This document shows positions 25,080-36,470 of a stretch of DNA of 64,000 nucleotides, in pieces (the first letter of the stretch is position 1; each line of letters opens with the position of its first letter). The position numbers and the translations under genes were made by a program. This DNA is from Leucoraja ocellata (Eukaryota). The notes beneath the pieces were generated by a model. The model ran no database searches, had not been told where the DNA came from, and worked only from the letters and a program-made list of their open reading frames with translations. Location: NCBI GenBank assembly GCA_036785375.1, contig JAWMAR010000786.1:434001-498000 (forward strand), in the 5' to 3' direction.

Positions 25080-25534
25080 GTGAGTTCCAAAGCACATTCC
25101 ACTTCTTCTGTTTAAAATAAAAAGTTGACTTTGTTGTTTAAATCAGAAGCTATCATTTAAGATCTAAATGAAAAAGAGTTAATATTCCAAGACCCACCAA
25201 TGTTACTTCCCTTCGTGTTACTTTGTGGTGCTTGACTGAATCCTGTAAAACAAGGACTAACCAGCAGAATCGGTGTCCTCACTAAAGTTCCTAGCATCTT
25301 AGTCATGCTAAGGTACCATTAACTTTATTATCTTTATTCATATCTGTGGCCCGATTATAAACATGAAGGAATGATTGGATCGATATGATGTAGATATTAT
25401 GTAGATATTTCCAGATTTAAACATACACAGATGTACTTGAGTCACTTTCTTGTGTCTGGCTTGATATTTGAAAGATCGATCGAATGTCAAAGTGGGAAGG
25501 CTATCCAACTATTTTCAACCCTTCCATGTTGCAG

Positions 25535-25644
25535 ATCCTTGTATTGGAATGTGTTCCCGATATCAACTTGCTAGACTACTTGCCAGAAATCTTGGATGGG
25601 CTCTTTCAGATCCTTGGAGATAACAGTAAAGAGATCCGCAAAAT
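25535..25644 (+). CDS. VAC14: VAC14 coding exon 6 ([37 protein letters not shown])
   Basis: gttgcag| acceptor, AAT|GTGAGT donor, 110 nt, phase 2. Confidence 0.97.
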
Positions 25645-25652
25645 GTGAGTGG

Positions 25653-25775
25653 GCAATCTTCAATCAATGCTCATTGTAAGCAAGATTGACAAGTAATGGA
25701 TGATATTTAATGTAGAGAAATGTAAACTGATGCATTTTGACATATTGACTAATAAGAGACAAGCTAAATGGCAAG
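25653..25775. repeat. Right arm of the inverted repeat; overlaps the start of an old CR1 remnant (~25690-26340)
   Basis: Begins 8 nt into intron 6. Translates in part as WMIFNVEKCKLMHF (the CR1 FNxxKCxVMHFG motif). Confidence 0.93.
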
Positions 25776-26706
25776 AGCAGAGAGACCCGAGTGCATATGT
25801 GCACATTTATTTGAAAATTGAATCGCGTGACTAGTAAAGCCTGGTGATTCTGGGTCCCAATACACACTAGCTACAACTGTAAGTATTGCATCAAGTTCTG
25901 ATCATCTTATTTTAAAAGTATTTGAAAGTTCTGAAGTGGATATAGAAAAACAAATATTCCAGAATGGTTAGAGGGATTTAAGGCTTCAATTTTAATTTGA
26001 CCAGAGAAATTAGGATTCTCGGAACAAACAAAATTAAGAGGCGATTTGATGGGGGTGTACAAGATCATGAAAAAGAGTAGATACAGGATACTCAGATGGT
26101 TAAAGGATACACTAAAACATTTTAAGCAAAATGTGCACCAGAAAATGTGAAGGAAAACAAATGTGCTTTGAGGTGTCATGGCTTGGACATCATTCCCCGC
26201 AAATATCATGGAAACAGAATCAATTGGAATTGAATAGGCACTTGAGAAAAAAACAAGGTGCAGAGTCATGAGTTAGATGGAGAGAATAGTCTTATGGATT
26301 GCTCTGCTAGGACCCATTATAGGTAATGGGTTGAATGGTTCCTTTTAGCCCATTGCAGTAACACCGAAGGGCCATTGTTTTTATCAGTTCTAATTCTACC
26401 ACTACCTGAAAGTGTTACGACACATCCTGAAATGCAATTGATTCAAGGCTAATCTGCCTTGGTTTGTTAGAAGTACTGACTCAAACGAGGCCAATCAAGT
26501 TTAGTGTACATCCAAACATGATGAAAGGCCCTAGTTTACGATCACCCTTGCACCTTGTTTTGGATGATGCTCATTGACATTGAGCTGTCTTGGCCAGTTA
26601 CTATCTTTCATAAAAATTACCCAGAGGCTTGGTGTTTGTCCTGGATAGGTCCACTTATCACTGGCTTGGTCCTGGGCTTGGACTAACGCAGGTGAAATCC
26701 CAAATG

Positions 26707-26851
26707 AGTAAGAAGGAACTGCAGATGCTGGTTTAAACCAAGGATGGACACAAAAAGTCTGAAGAAGGGTCTTGACCTGAAACATCACCCTTTCCTTCTC
26801 TCCAGAGATGCTGCCTGTCCCGCTGAGTTACTCCAGCTTTTTGTGTCTATC
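26707..26851. mobile_element. Penelope-type repeat in inverted arrangement
   Basis: gaaggaactgcagatgctgg...tctgaagaagggtcttgacctgaaacatc...ccagctttttgtgtcta. Confidence 0.75.
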
Positions 26852-26965
26852 CCAAATGAGTAGGTTTGTTGCCTGTAAAAGATGCCAAAGAAATTTGTAC
26901 AGGTGGAATGAATGTCTTCTGAGTACTGAACTGAAAGTACAACAATTTTCTTCCATCAATTGCAG

Positions 26966-27072
26966 GTGTGAGACGGTCCTCATTGAGTTTCTGAAAGAGA
27001 TCAAGAAAAACCCCTCGAGTGTCAAGTTTGCGGAAATGGCCAACATCTTGGTCATCCATTGCCAGGCGTCTG
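26966..27072 (+). CDS. VAC14: VAC14 coding exon 7 ([35 protein letters not shown])
   Basis: ttgcag| acceptor, CTG|GTGAGT donor, 107 nt, phase 1. Confidence 0.97.
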
Positions 27073-29010
27073 GTGAGTGGCCCATTTCAAGATCCTCGCC
27101 GAACTCACTTCCAGCCACTCAGTATGCCTCTGGCCTCCTTTTGGCTAGATCATGATGCTCATCTCTTCTTTTACCAAATACCCCAAATATGTGTCCTCTG
27201 GGAGTAAAAATAATTTCTTACGATTTGTTGTGAAAAAAATCATTGTTTTCATCAAATCTAGTAATCAAATGAAAGTAATATCATCTGCTTTGGTATATCT
27301 CCTCTGCACTTCTTAGACTACCTTCTTGGTATCTTTCTTCATGCCTGGTGTCCACAATTGGACACGGTCAACTGAAACCTATAATTATTTTCGCAAGACT
27401 TGGCATTTCAGTTTTGCTTTTACAATCTGCCATCTTTTATAAAACGAACGATTCAATATGCCTGTTCAAAACCCTATGTTGCTATCTTCAATCATTATTA
27501 CTGTACACTCTTAAAAACGGACTCATTTCGTTATCTCTACCTATTTTAACACCAATTACTTCACATGGGGAAGGCAATAAAGTGGTTGTTACTGGATTTG
27601 TCAGCTGGACTAATGATCCAGAGAATTGAACTCAAATACAACCATGCAAGTTGAGGAATTTAAATTCAGTTGATTCATTTCAAATTTAACCCAGCTAGTG
27701 CCAATCAATTATAAAACTGACGATGAAACAAATATTCATCCAGATCACTAATGCTACCTGGTCCGACCAGTATGAATCCATTTTTACAAAATGTGCTGAA
27801 TAACATGAAATGATTCTACATTATTCAGTTCGATTCACAATAGCTCAAAAAATGAAGCAGATCTTGCAGGCCCCAGCTCTACATTACCATCCTTACATTC
27901 TGCTTGCTTAATCTCAGCTACTGTTTAACCTTCATGAAATTGTTTCTTCCCCTTAAATTGCTCCTGTGCTGAAGCATTCAGTCATTGGATGTGGTCGCAA
28001 GTTCCCCATTCTTTCTCACGTCGGGTCAGTGGTTAAGGCTTCAGTTGAAGTCAAAAGAATACCTTTTCTGTCACTCTAGCAGCTCGTTGTTTGCACTTTA
28101 TAATATGTGTCAACATTCACAGCACAAAGTTAAAATAGTGGGGATGAAAACGACTGCAGATCTAAATAATGCAGTAAGCTAAATTAAATGCATTCAGCTA
28201 TTTTTGTCCAAATTGGGTACATTTTTTTCAGTTTTATTTGTTAACCACCTCAAAATCACTAACCACACCAAAGATTCGCATTGTTGCATGTCAGTGTTTG
28301 CAATCAGACAAAGTTTTGAAGTGTATTACAAACGTGGAAATCAGCCAAAGCTCTCAGCCGAGAGCAATTCACGCTGGGAATGGCACATTTTGTGTATAAA
28401 GTTTATTCCCAGCTCAAAACTAACACATTAGATTGCAAATGTGGAGGAGAAATTTAGCCCAGCTTGACAGTGGAATCGAGTGAAACACCAGGCTACTACC
28501 ATTCCTTCCGACAGGCCTGGGTTTTAATCTGCATCTGATTGTAAAAAATACCTGAAATAAATTGGATTTCAACAGTCTAGTTTCTTGTTGCAATGAATCT
28601 GTGAAATTGTTCACATAAATCATTCCTCATTTTGCCTAGTTTAAGTAATTAAAATAATGGTATTATTCTGACTCCAAATATTGTCTCATTTATAATTGAA
28701 TGCCCACTAAATCTATTAATGTCCAAGCGACATTCATCTGTTAGTTGGTGAACCTCTTCAGTGTAGACTTCATGCAGGAAGTTTTTGTTTTAACTGTGTT
28801 ATACTTGACTTGGTAGTGTGCTACACTAATGCTATTCTTGAAATGTTGGTTATTGTTCAACCCAGCACCGACATTGGCCCAGATTGGAATAGCAAAACTT
28901 CAGTCTCAAACTTGTATGCCACTCCCTCTTAAGACTTTTTGATGTGTGTCTCATTGAGGCAGAGTGCTGTATGAATTGTGGTTAAACAGCTTTCGTTGTT
29001 CTTATTACAG

Positions 29011-29145
29011 ATGATTTGATTCAGCTGACTGCAATGACGTGGATGAGGGAGTTCATTCAGTTAGCTGGCCGCGTGATGCTGCCCTATTCTTCAGGAATTT
29101 TGACTGCCGTTCTGCCATGCCTCTCCTACGATGATAGGAAGAAGA
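29011..29145 (+). CDS. VAC14: VAC14 coding exon 8 ([45 protein letters not shown])
   Basis: ttattacag| acceptor, 135 nt, ends at the U12-type donor A|GTATCCTTT. Confidence 0.97.
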
Positions 29146-30478
29146 GTATCCTTTTCACCAGAACGACTAACTGCAAAAAATTATCTGCCTCAGATTTTGG
29201 GTGATGCAAACATGTGCAGCTGTCTTTTTTTGCACAGCTTCCATTGAGAGTTCAGACAGATAACATTTAATCCATTATGTATTAATTTTCAACCTGGTCT
29301 TCAATTGCAGCATTTGCCAGCAATACTGATATTTCTGCCATGGAGAATATCTATTGTTAGAGCCCCAGTAACTTGCGTATTATCCAGGCCATCCTTCTGC
29401 AATAAAAACATTAGCTTCCTTCATTCGTACAGAATAGAAGTCACCTCCTTATCGAAGCATGAACAGGTTATTACTGCTTTCTCGGTTCCACCTACCTTAT
29501 TCCAATTAGTGAAGTTAACAGTTTCAATAAATGAACATTTCCAGCATTTTCATGTACGTCTCCTGTCATATTACTATGGTATATTCGAATGATTAATGTA
29601 AAAAAAACATTTCTTTATACATCCTCCTGCTCTACAGCTTTCCGTCCCATCTCATTTTCTGGTCTTGTATCGTGTCTCCATCCACAAACCCACCTCTGTA
29701 TCTGTAACCAGTTTATTTCCTGCTACATCCTTTCTCATGAAAGGTCAAGGAATGAATGTTTCAGTTGCACAATCTTTCATGAGTTTATCTGTATCAGTGC
29801 TGTCTTAGCTGATTAAGTTTTTATTTCACATTTCCAGCATCTGCTTTATTCTGTATGATCCTGAAGACTTTTAAATTTCCTTCAACATAATGACTGCCAT
29901 CCAACTATATTTGGCCTTATAGGGAACCTTAGCATACGAGCTGGGAGAGATAACAAAATTGTACTGGACTTGCGGAGGACTCCAGTTATTAAGTCTATCT
30001 AAATGCTGAGTTGTTTGAAACAATCTATGGAATACCCAGATGTCAGACAAGTTTTTCAAAATTATGTCCAGAGCTCAATCGTTTCACTAATGACCTTTTT
30101 CATGAGTCTTGTTTTACATAGGCCAGACTTGTTCAGGACTTCCCAATGACAATTGCATCAAATGGGCTCTTCAATGAAGTGGTAGATTTCCAATCATAAT
30201 TATTGATGCTAAATTCTCCAGTGTCTTGTTGGGATTTAAATTTATGGGTGCAGCTCATTAGTCCAAACTTCTGGATTATCCATCCAGCAGCAGAATGATT
30301 GCTTCTGTAGTTCCCATGTAGACCACAGGTCAATGTCCTGTCCTCCAGATATTGCTGGCCACTGGCCCCTCGTCCGGCTTTGGTCATAGAATTGTACAGC
30401 ATGGTTCTTCAGCCCATTGCATCTATGCTGGCATCATTTCGAGTTGTTGCTGTACCTGCTCCTTGACGCAAAGACCAG
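29146..30478 (+). other. VAC14: U12-type (minor spliceosome) GT-AG intron
   Basis: 5' splice site GTATCCTTTT. Branch-site motif TCCTTGAC at 30460-30467 lies just upstream of CAG| at 30478, with no polypyrimidine tract. Confidence 0.92.
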
Positions 30479-30628
30479 GTATTAAGGAGGTGGTAAACGT
30501 GTGTAACCAGACCCTGATGAAGCTGATCCTGCCCGAGGACGATGGTGATCATGTCCGCCAGAAAACGCTTCCGCACCAGGACGGCATCACCCATGAGTCT
30601 AGCTCAGGTTGCATGAACTCTTCCGACT
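30479..30628 (+). CDS. VAC14: VAC14 coding exon 9 ([50 protein letters not shown])
   Basis: Conserved SIKEVxNVCNQxLMKL start, 150 nt, donor ACT|GTAAGT, phase 1. Confidence 0.9.
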
Positions 30629-33600
30629 GTAAGTAGCACTGCCACAGCTTGTTTTTTGTATCATTGAGAGTGCAGCTGGACTGTAATTTGGAATGCGTTT
30701 GGTAGCAGTTGCATCCTCTTCCCCTGCCATCTGATGAGACTGGAGCCGATCTGTGAAAGTCATGCAGGCAGTCATGAATGTGGCTGGGCTGACATCCCAC
30801 TGTTGGCCTCCTATTCGAGCACTAGCTTTCCTGAACTCTTCAAAGTCTCCCACTCCCAACCTAAATCAGCACACCTGGGCATTTACAGGGAATAGCAAGA
30901 TGTGAATTTGCTCAGTTTCTCATCGCATTGCGCTTTTACCCACAAGCGCCTGCAGTGGCTCATGTAATGGTGGTTGAGGATGGTATGACATAAGAAAGGT
31001 GAATCAGCTAAACCCTGTCCTACTCTTGACTCATTGAGACACCAATGTTGTTCGTTTTGTAGATTTAGCTTTGAGCCAAGGAATAGAATGCCTTTGGCCA
31101 ATTACTGAAAAAAGGGATTAGTATAGATGATCACTTTAGGGTCAGCATGGCCATGATGGACTGAAGGGCCTGCATGTGTGCTGTTTCAATGCAACACATT
31201 GCAACAACTTGGTGGAAAGTAGAATAAATGATTAATTTCCCACCCTATGTTAAAGCCTTTGGGATCTAATTTCAAATCAGCCTTGCACCTCGTGATTTGT
31301 TTCCAGTATTTGAATTATGAGGAATTAATTCCCACAAGTTATTGAGTTCTTCTGTTGCATATGAGGCATCTGAGGAATAGAAATAATGAGGAGCATGCAA
31401 GGGGAATTGTAAAATATGTTACATTAACAAGATTTATTTTGTGCTCAAGTAAATGGTAGACATCTGAGTCCTTAAATAATTTGCAAAGTAAATGCCCAAG
31501 AAAGAGAAAGAAATTGCACTCAATTGCTTAAAGATGGACTCAGGCAGTTTGTTCCAGATGACAACTGATGCTAAGAAGGTGTAAGGTGAAGACATTTGTT
31601 TCTTAATGAGCAGGTCGTGTAAGAAGCCCCAAACCTTTGCAGAGTTTCCCATGCAAACTACTCCCAGTGCTTCTGTAGCCTCCTCTCGCTGTGACCAATA
31701 GTGTTTAACACATTTGACTGCCAGGTAGTCAAATGTATTACAATGTATTGACATCACCAGCTGCATCGGCCACTTGTGGTAGGGAGATCCTGGGTGGTGT
31801 AGCCATTGCCACTTGGCTGGAAGCCAGCTTATTTAAGCTTAGGATTCTGCTGTAAATGTGGTCCTCGGCTGGGTGACAGGCCAGCTCTTGCTCAGTTTGC
31901 TCACTGATATGCTTCCTCAAATGTTTCAGCATTTTTTAATAGTAGCTTGCTGTAGGAACCATTATTCTGCTCTGAATTTGGCTGTGAATAAAGGAAAACC
32001 ACCCTACCTTGCGATGTGTCAGAGTGGAATTTTATCATAAACAGTGACTCACTGGTAATGGACGTACCTTCTTATTGGTCTTGGCTTGCCTCAGTGCCAA
32101 CACTTTCATTTCTGGCCTGGAAGGTTGTGGCTTCAAGCAATGCTTAACATATTGTTTGTATTGCTAGCTCTAATTGTATCATATAGCCTGCTTATAAATT
32201 TCAGTGTATAGAATCATAGAAATCATTTTTTTCTGTTCTTGAGGATGAATTCCCTATTTTCCAATCTACCTCATTGCAGCCCTTGCACTTTTTTTATTTA
32301 CATATTTTCCGAAGCTGTAACACTGTATTCTGCACTCTATTTCTTTTCCCTTATTGCCTCTGTTGTACTTATGCATGGTATGCTTTTCCTGGATAGAACG
32401 CAAAACAAAAGTTTATATTACTGTTTTTTGATACGCGTGACAATGATAAACCAATGCCAATAATAAATAATAACCTTCATGGGAGGCAAGGAGGCTATTA
32501 CTGCATCTACTGGCTGTCTTCACCTTTCTCCTTTAGTCTGCTGTCCCCAGCCCTGCCACCCATTACTATTTATTGGATTATCCATTCTGTGCTCTGTTGG
32601 AAAGGTAATAATTTTTTACTGCTTTTACATAGTATTTACTAACTTGAGAATGTTTTTAATTGGTTCCAAATACCATCTCACCTCTCCAAATTTGTTGTCC
32701 AAAGCCAATGTTCCTCCTAGTGCCAGCGTCTGTTTTCCTCTTTCTGTCTTTCCTGATTAGTATCGCATAATTTCATATATTTTGCACCTTTCAATGAGAC
32801 TTTGTTTTGGTGACTGAAATGGGAGATCTCCCGGGCCTGCCTGAAGGACCAAAATCCTTTCTGATGGCCTACGCTTCGTGCCCAACACCAGCAAGAATAA
32901 CATCAGTCAGCTGTTCCTTGTTTCTCCCATGAATGATCGGGTTGACACATTCACTTACAAGTCTGACTGCACTGCGTGGTTGCTCTCAGTGGAAACCATA
33001 ACATCTGAACCTGCCCTAACATACAATCTATCCGGTTGGAGCTATGAAGCTCATCGTGATTGGGAATATGCATTATCTTTTTCACCAGTGCCCGTGACTG
33101 GTCGTACAGGGAGCGATTAATGAACAAATGTCAAGTATGGATGTTGGGTCATATGCTCTGACCAAGAACCACCACAGGCAATGTCCTCACCCACTGGTTT
33201 GATGGTGACTAGTACTAAAGCCGTTTTTTTTCCCCTGCGCTATTGGCCTTCTGTTACCTGGGAAATTTCTTTCAACCTGACTATAAATATGCAATAATAT
33301 ATCTCAAGAGAATTGAAGAAAGCAATAGCATGTCCACGTTGGGAAGGACTGAGGCAGTGAAAGGATGAAGCTCATCTAAAATAGGATATTCTTTGAATAT
33401 AAGCAATGTACTTTTGGCCAAAAAACAAGACTGCTGTTTGAAAAGGTGGGTTTCAAGGAAGGTATTAAGGGCGGTGCGGGAAGACTAGTAGTGGAGGATG
33501 AGCGGACTGGAGTGAGATTACATTTGAGTCAAAAGTATTTAATTGTCGTATGTACTGATAACGGAACAAGGATATTCTTACAAGTATGTGACTGTTTCAG

Positions 33601-34153
33601 CCACTGAATTCCATACCACAATCCCTTGAAGGTTCCCTTCATCTATCTGCCTATTCTTTAAGGCTGACCCTAAACTCTGTGTGGTGCATTCTGGGCATCT
33701 TCCTCACTTCATGCTTTGCTTTCATGTTTATTTTGTTGTCTGAATGTAATGGTGCAATTAACAACACTGTTGAATGGGGTCTTGTCATTGATTTAAATGG
33801 CTTTGGGTAAATTAGCAACTGCAGGAAGTAGAATCTTACATCCAGCAGGTGGCATCATAGACCCATTGTCAAAGCTTGAGTCTCTTCCTTTATTTAGCAT
33901 CAGTTAATGACAGATAAATCAGTGGCCATTATCCAGTGTTGCTGCTCAATGTGCAGATTCTGTCTGATCTAGAGGGCACGTGCTCTCAATGCACAGTTAG
34001 CTGGACCCTACATTCACACGGAGCTGCCTGTGTTTATCTCCTTTGTTTTACAAGGAGTTGTCCTGAAGTGACCGTGTCCAGAGACTTTTCAGCTTCACCC
34101 AGGTTACTCTGCCAAACCACATTCAAGGTGGGGCCATTTGGTGTGTAATATAA

Positions 34154-34977
34154 AGGGTCTGTCCCACTTGGCCGTCATTTACGCGACAGGCCAGTAGTGA
34201 CTGACGCACGATGGTGAGTGCGTCATCACCTGTCATCATGCGCCTTCAAATATTTTATCTGCTCTGCAAGTAGAATTAGTCAGTGTATTGACATCATTTG
34301 TTAAGTGAAACATTGATACAATTATTGTTTGCTGGAAAAATAAATTTACTTTTAAATTTTCGGAATTACTCCCAACAAACACAAAATTGTATTTCATTAT
34401 AGCAGTTTGAGGGTTTGAACCCAGCAATTCTTTTTAAGAATGGTGTTAGTAAAATTATTGTTAGTTATTTAAAAAAAAAACCTAATTTGGTTACTAGTGT
34501 TCTTTTAGGATATAAAATCTGCAATCCTTACCTGGATGTTAACTTTTGAAACATTCTTAACTAAGGGTGTTTCAAAAATACTTATTAAGGTGTTACTCTG
34601 AACGCATTACTCTGAAAGCATATGATGCTTACGGCGTAAATTATTTTCTCATTGTGGCCGACTGCATATGGGCGGCGCGGCGGCGCATGGTTTTGCACGG
34701 TGACGTAATCATACGTCACCGCGCGCTACACGTATGAGGTCAGGACGCCTGCAAGCGACCGCAAAACGCCCAGTATGCGATACGTCACGCCGGAGGCGCG
34801 CAAAGATATTGTGCCCTAAAAAATCCCGGAGCGACACACGATACTGCGCCAACTCCATACCCCTCCGCGCTTCTCCATGCGACCGTCCCGCGCGGTCCAC
34901 ACACTACCCATGCGTCTCAACGCAACAACGAGATCGCGTAAATGGCGCGCAAATGACAGCGAAGTGGGACAGGCCCT
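34154..34977. mobile_element. PIF/Harbinger-type MITE (824 bp) with ~31-bp TIRs and TAA target-site duplication
   Basis: Left end TAA|AGGGTCTGTCCCACTTGGCCGTCATTTACGCG. Right end CGCGCAAATGACAGCGAAGTGGGACAGGCCCT|TAA. No transposase ORF. Confidence 0.88.
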
Positions 34978-35271
34978 TAATGCTGCTGCGACAAATCTCA
35001 GTTTTTGCTGGGATTGCCAAGCCCCTTACTGCCCACAGGATTAGTTTAGCAGCCTCAATCTCTTTCAGGAGACTACAAACTATTGCAAACACTGAACTGC
35101 TGGGGGAGTTAATCAAGTTACGGAGGCAAAGGGATATGCAACATTTTAAGTTGAAACCTTGCATCAGGACTCGATTATTTGTACACAAACTATTTATGAA
35201 AACTATGTGCAACATGTTGGTTTCTTCCTCCTCCTCTTTTCTGTCCATAGTTAACAGCAAATGATTAATCT

Positions 35272-35449
35272 AGAGACCCGGGTATGATCCTGACTACGGG
35301 CGCTGTCTGTACAGAGTTTATATGTTCTCCCCGTGACCGTGTTGGCTTTCACCTTGTGCTCCGGCTTCCCGTGTTCCAAGTGGTCAACGTGGACTCGGTG
35401 GGCCAATGGGCCTGTTTCCCCGCTGTATCTCTAAACTAAACTAAACTAA
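35272..35449 (+). mobile_element. HE1-like SINE (internally deleted) with (CTAAA)n tail
   Basis: B-box-like gacccgggtatgatcctgactacgg, SINE core, and gggcctgtttccccgctgtatctctaaactaaactaaac end. Confidence 0.85.
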
Positions 35450-35892
35450 TTATGAATTCTTGGTTGTTTGATGCCAGGGAACAGGGCAAGTATATTGTTG
35501 TACATTGTCCAAATTGGTGTGGGTCTATGTTTACTGTCAGATGCAGTGCCAGAGTTTTAGTATGATAGTTGCTGGACCAGATGGGAACACAGTGTTCAGC
35601 TGGGGTTAGAGTTGTACTGAGATTTGCACGAGACAAGCCCTTTAGCACTGCACTGATTATCAACCACCCATTTACACTCTTCAAATACTAATCCCATCTT
35701 GATTCTTCCCACAGTCTCATCAACTCTCCCCAGATTCTACCTCTCACCGACACATAGTGGACAATTAACCGACCAACCCTCTGATCTTTCACATGTGGGA
35801 GGAGCCAACCACAAAGGATTATTCTGAGCATTTTGAAGTCAGCTCTCCATGTTCATATGTGTAAGAAAGAGCTGCAGATGTTGGAAAAATCG

Positions 35893-36052
35893 AAGGTAGA
35901 CAAAAATGCTGGAGAATCTCAGCGGGTGAGGCAACATCTAGGGAGCGAAAGAATAGGTGACGTTTCGGGTCTCGACCCAAAACGTCACCTATTCCTTCGC
36001 TCCATAGATGCTGCCTCACCCGCTGAGTTTCTCCAGCATTTTTGTCTACCTT
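35893..36052. repeat. 160-bp near-perfect palindrome built from two head-to-head Penelope-type repeat halves
   Basis: Arms aaggtagacaaaaatgctggag... and ...ctccagcatttttgtctacctt, centred on gggtc-tc-gaccc (35967-35978). Confidence 0.92.
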
Positions 36053-36470
36053 TTCTATGTTCATAGAGTCATAGAGGGATAAAACACAATAATAGGCTCT
36101 TTGACATTGAGTCTGCACTGACACTAAACAACTACTTACACTAATCCTATCTGAACCCATCCTTCCTGTAGTGTGGTGACAAGAACAGGACACAATAGTC
36201 CAAGTGCATGCTGAGACTGCTACCTGTACCAAGACTTATTGTACTCCTGAACCTGCTCTTTATCGTTGATGGAGGAAATTATGACTATCCTGAGTTCAGT
36301 ACCTGGAGCTCTCTCAGAATTCCAGGTGTGCCTGACTAGAATGTTACATTACTTCCACTCTGCCTTTGAATTCTTCAGGTATAAAATGCACAGTCCTTTA
36401 AAATTGTTTGCAGAGGATATTTTTAATGCAGAGATTGACACATAATTGATTCATCAGGGAGTCAGGAGTT

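Noticed and set aside
32760-32960. Alternative candidate for VAC14 exon 10
   Set aside because: There is a pyrimidine tract and AG at 32760, but no phase-compatible open exon with a good donor. 46459-46513 fits better.
34709-35264. 176-aa ORF as a transposase or nested gene
   Set aside because: It crosses the MITE boundary, has no DDE or other motif, and is explained by GC richness.
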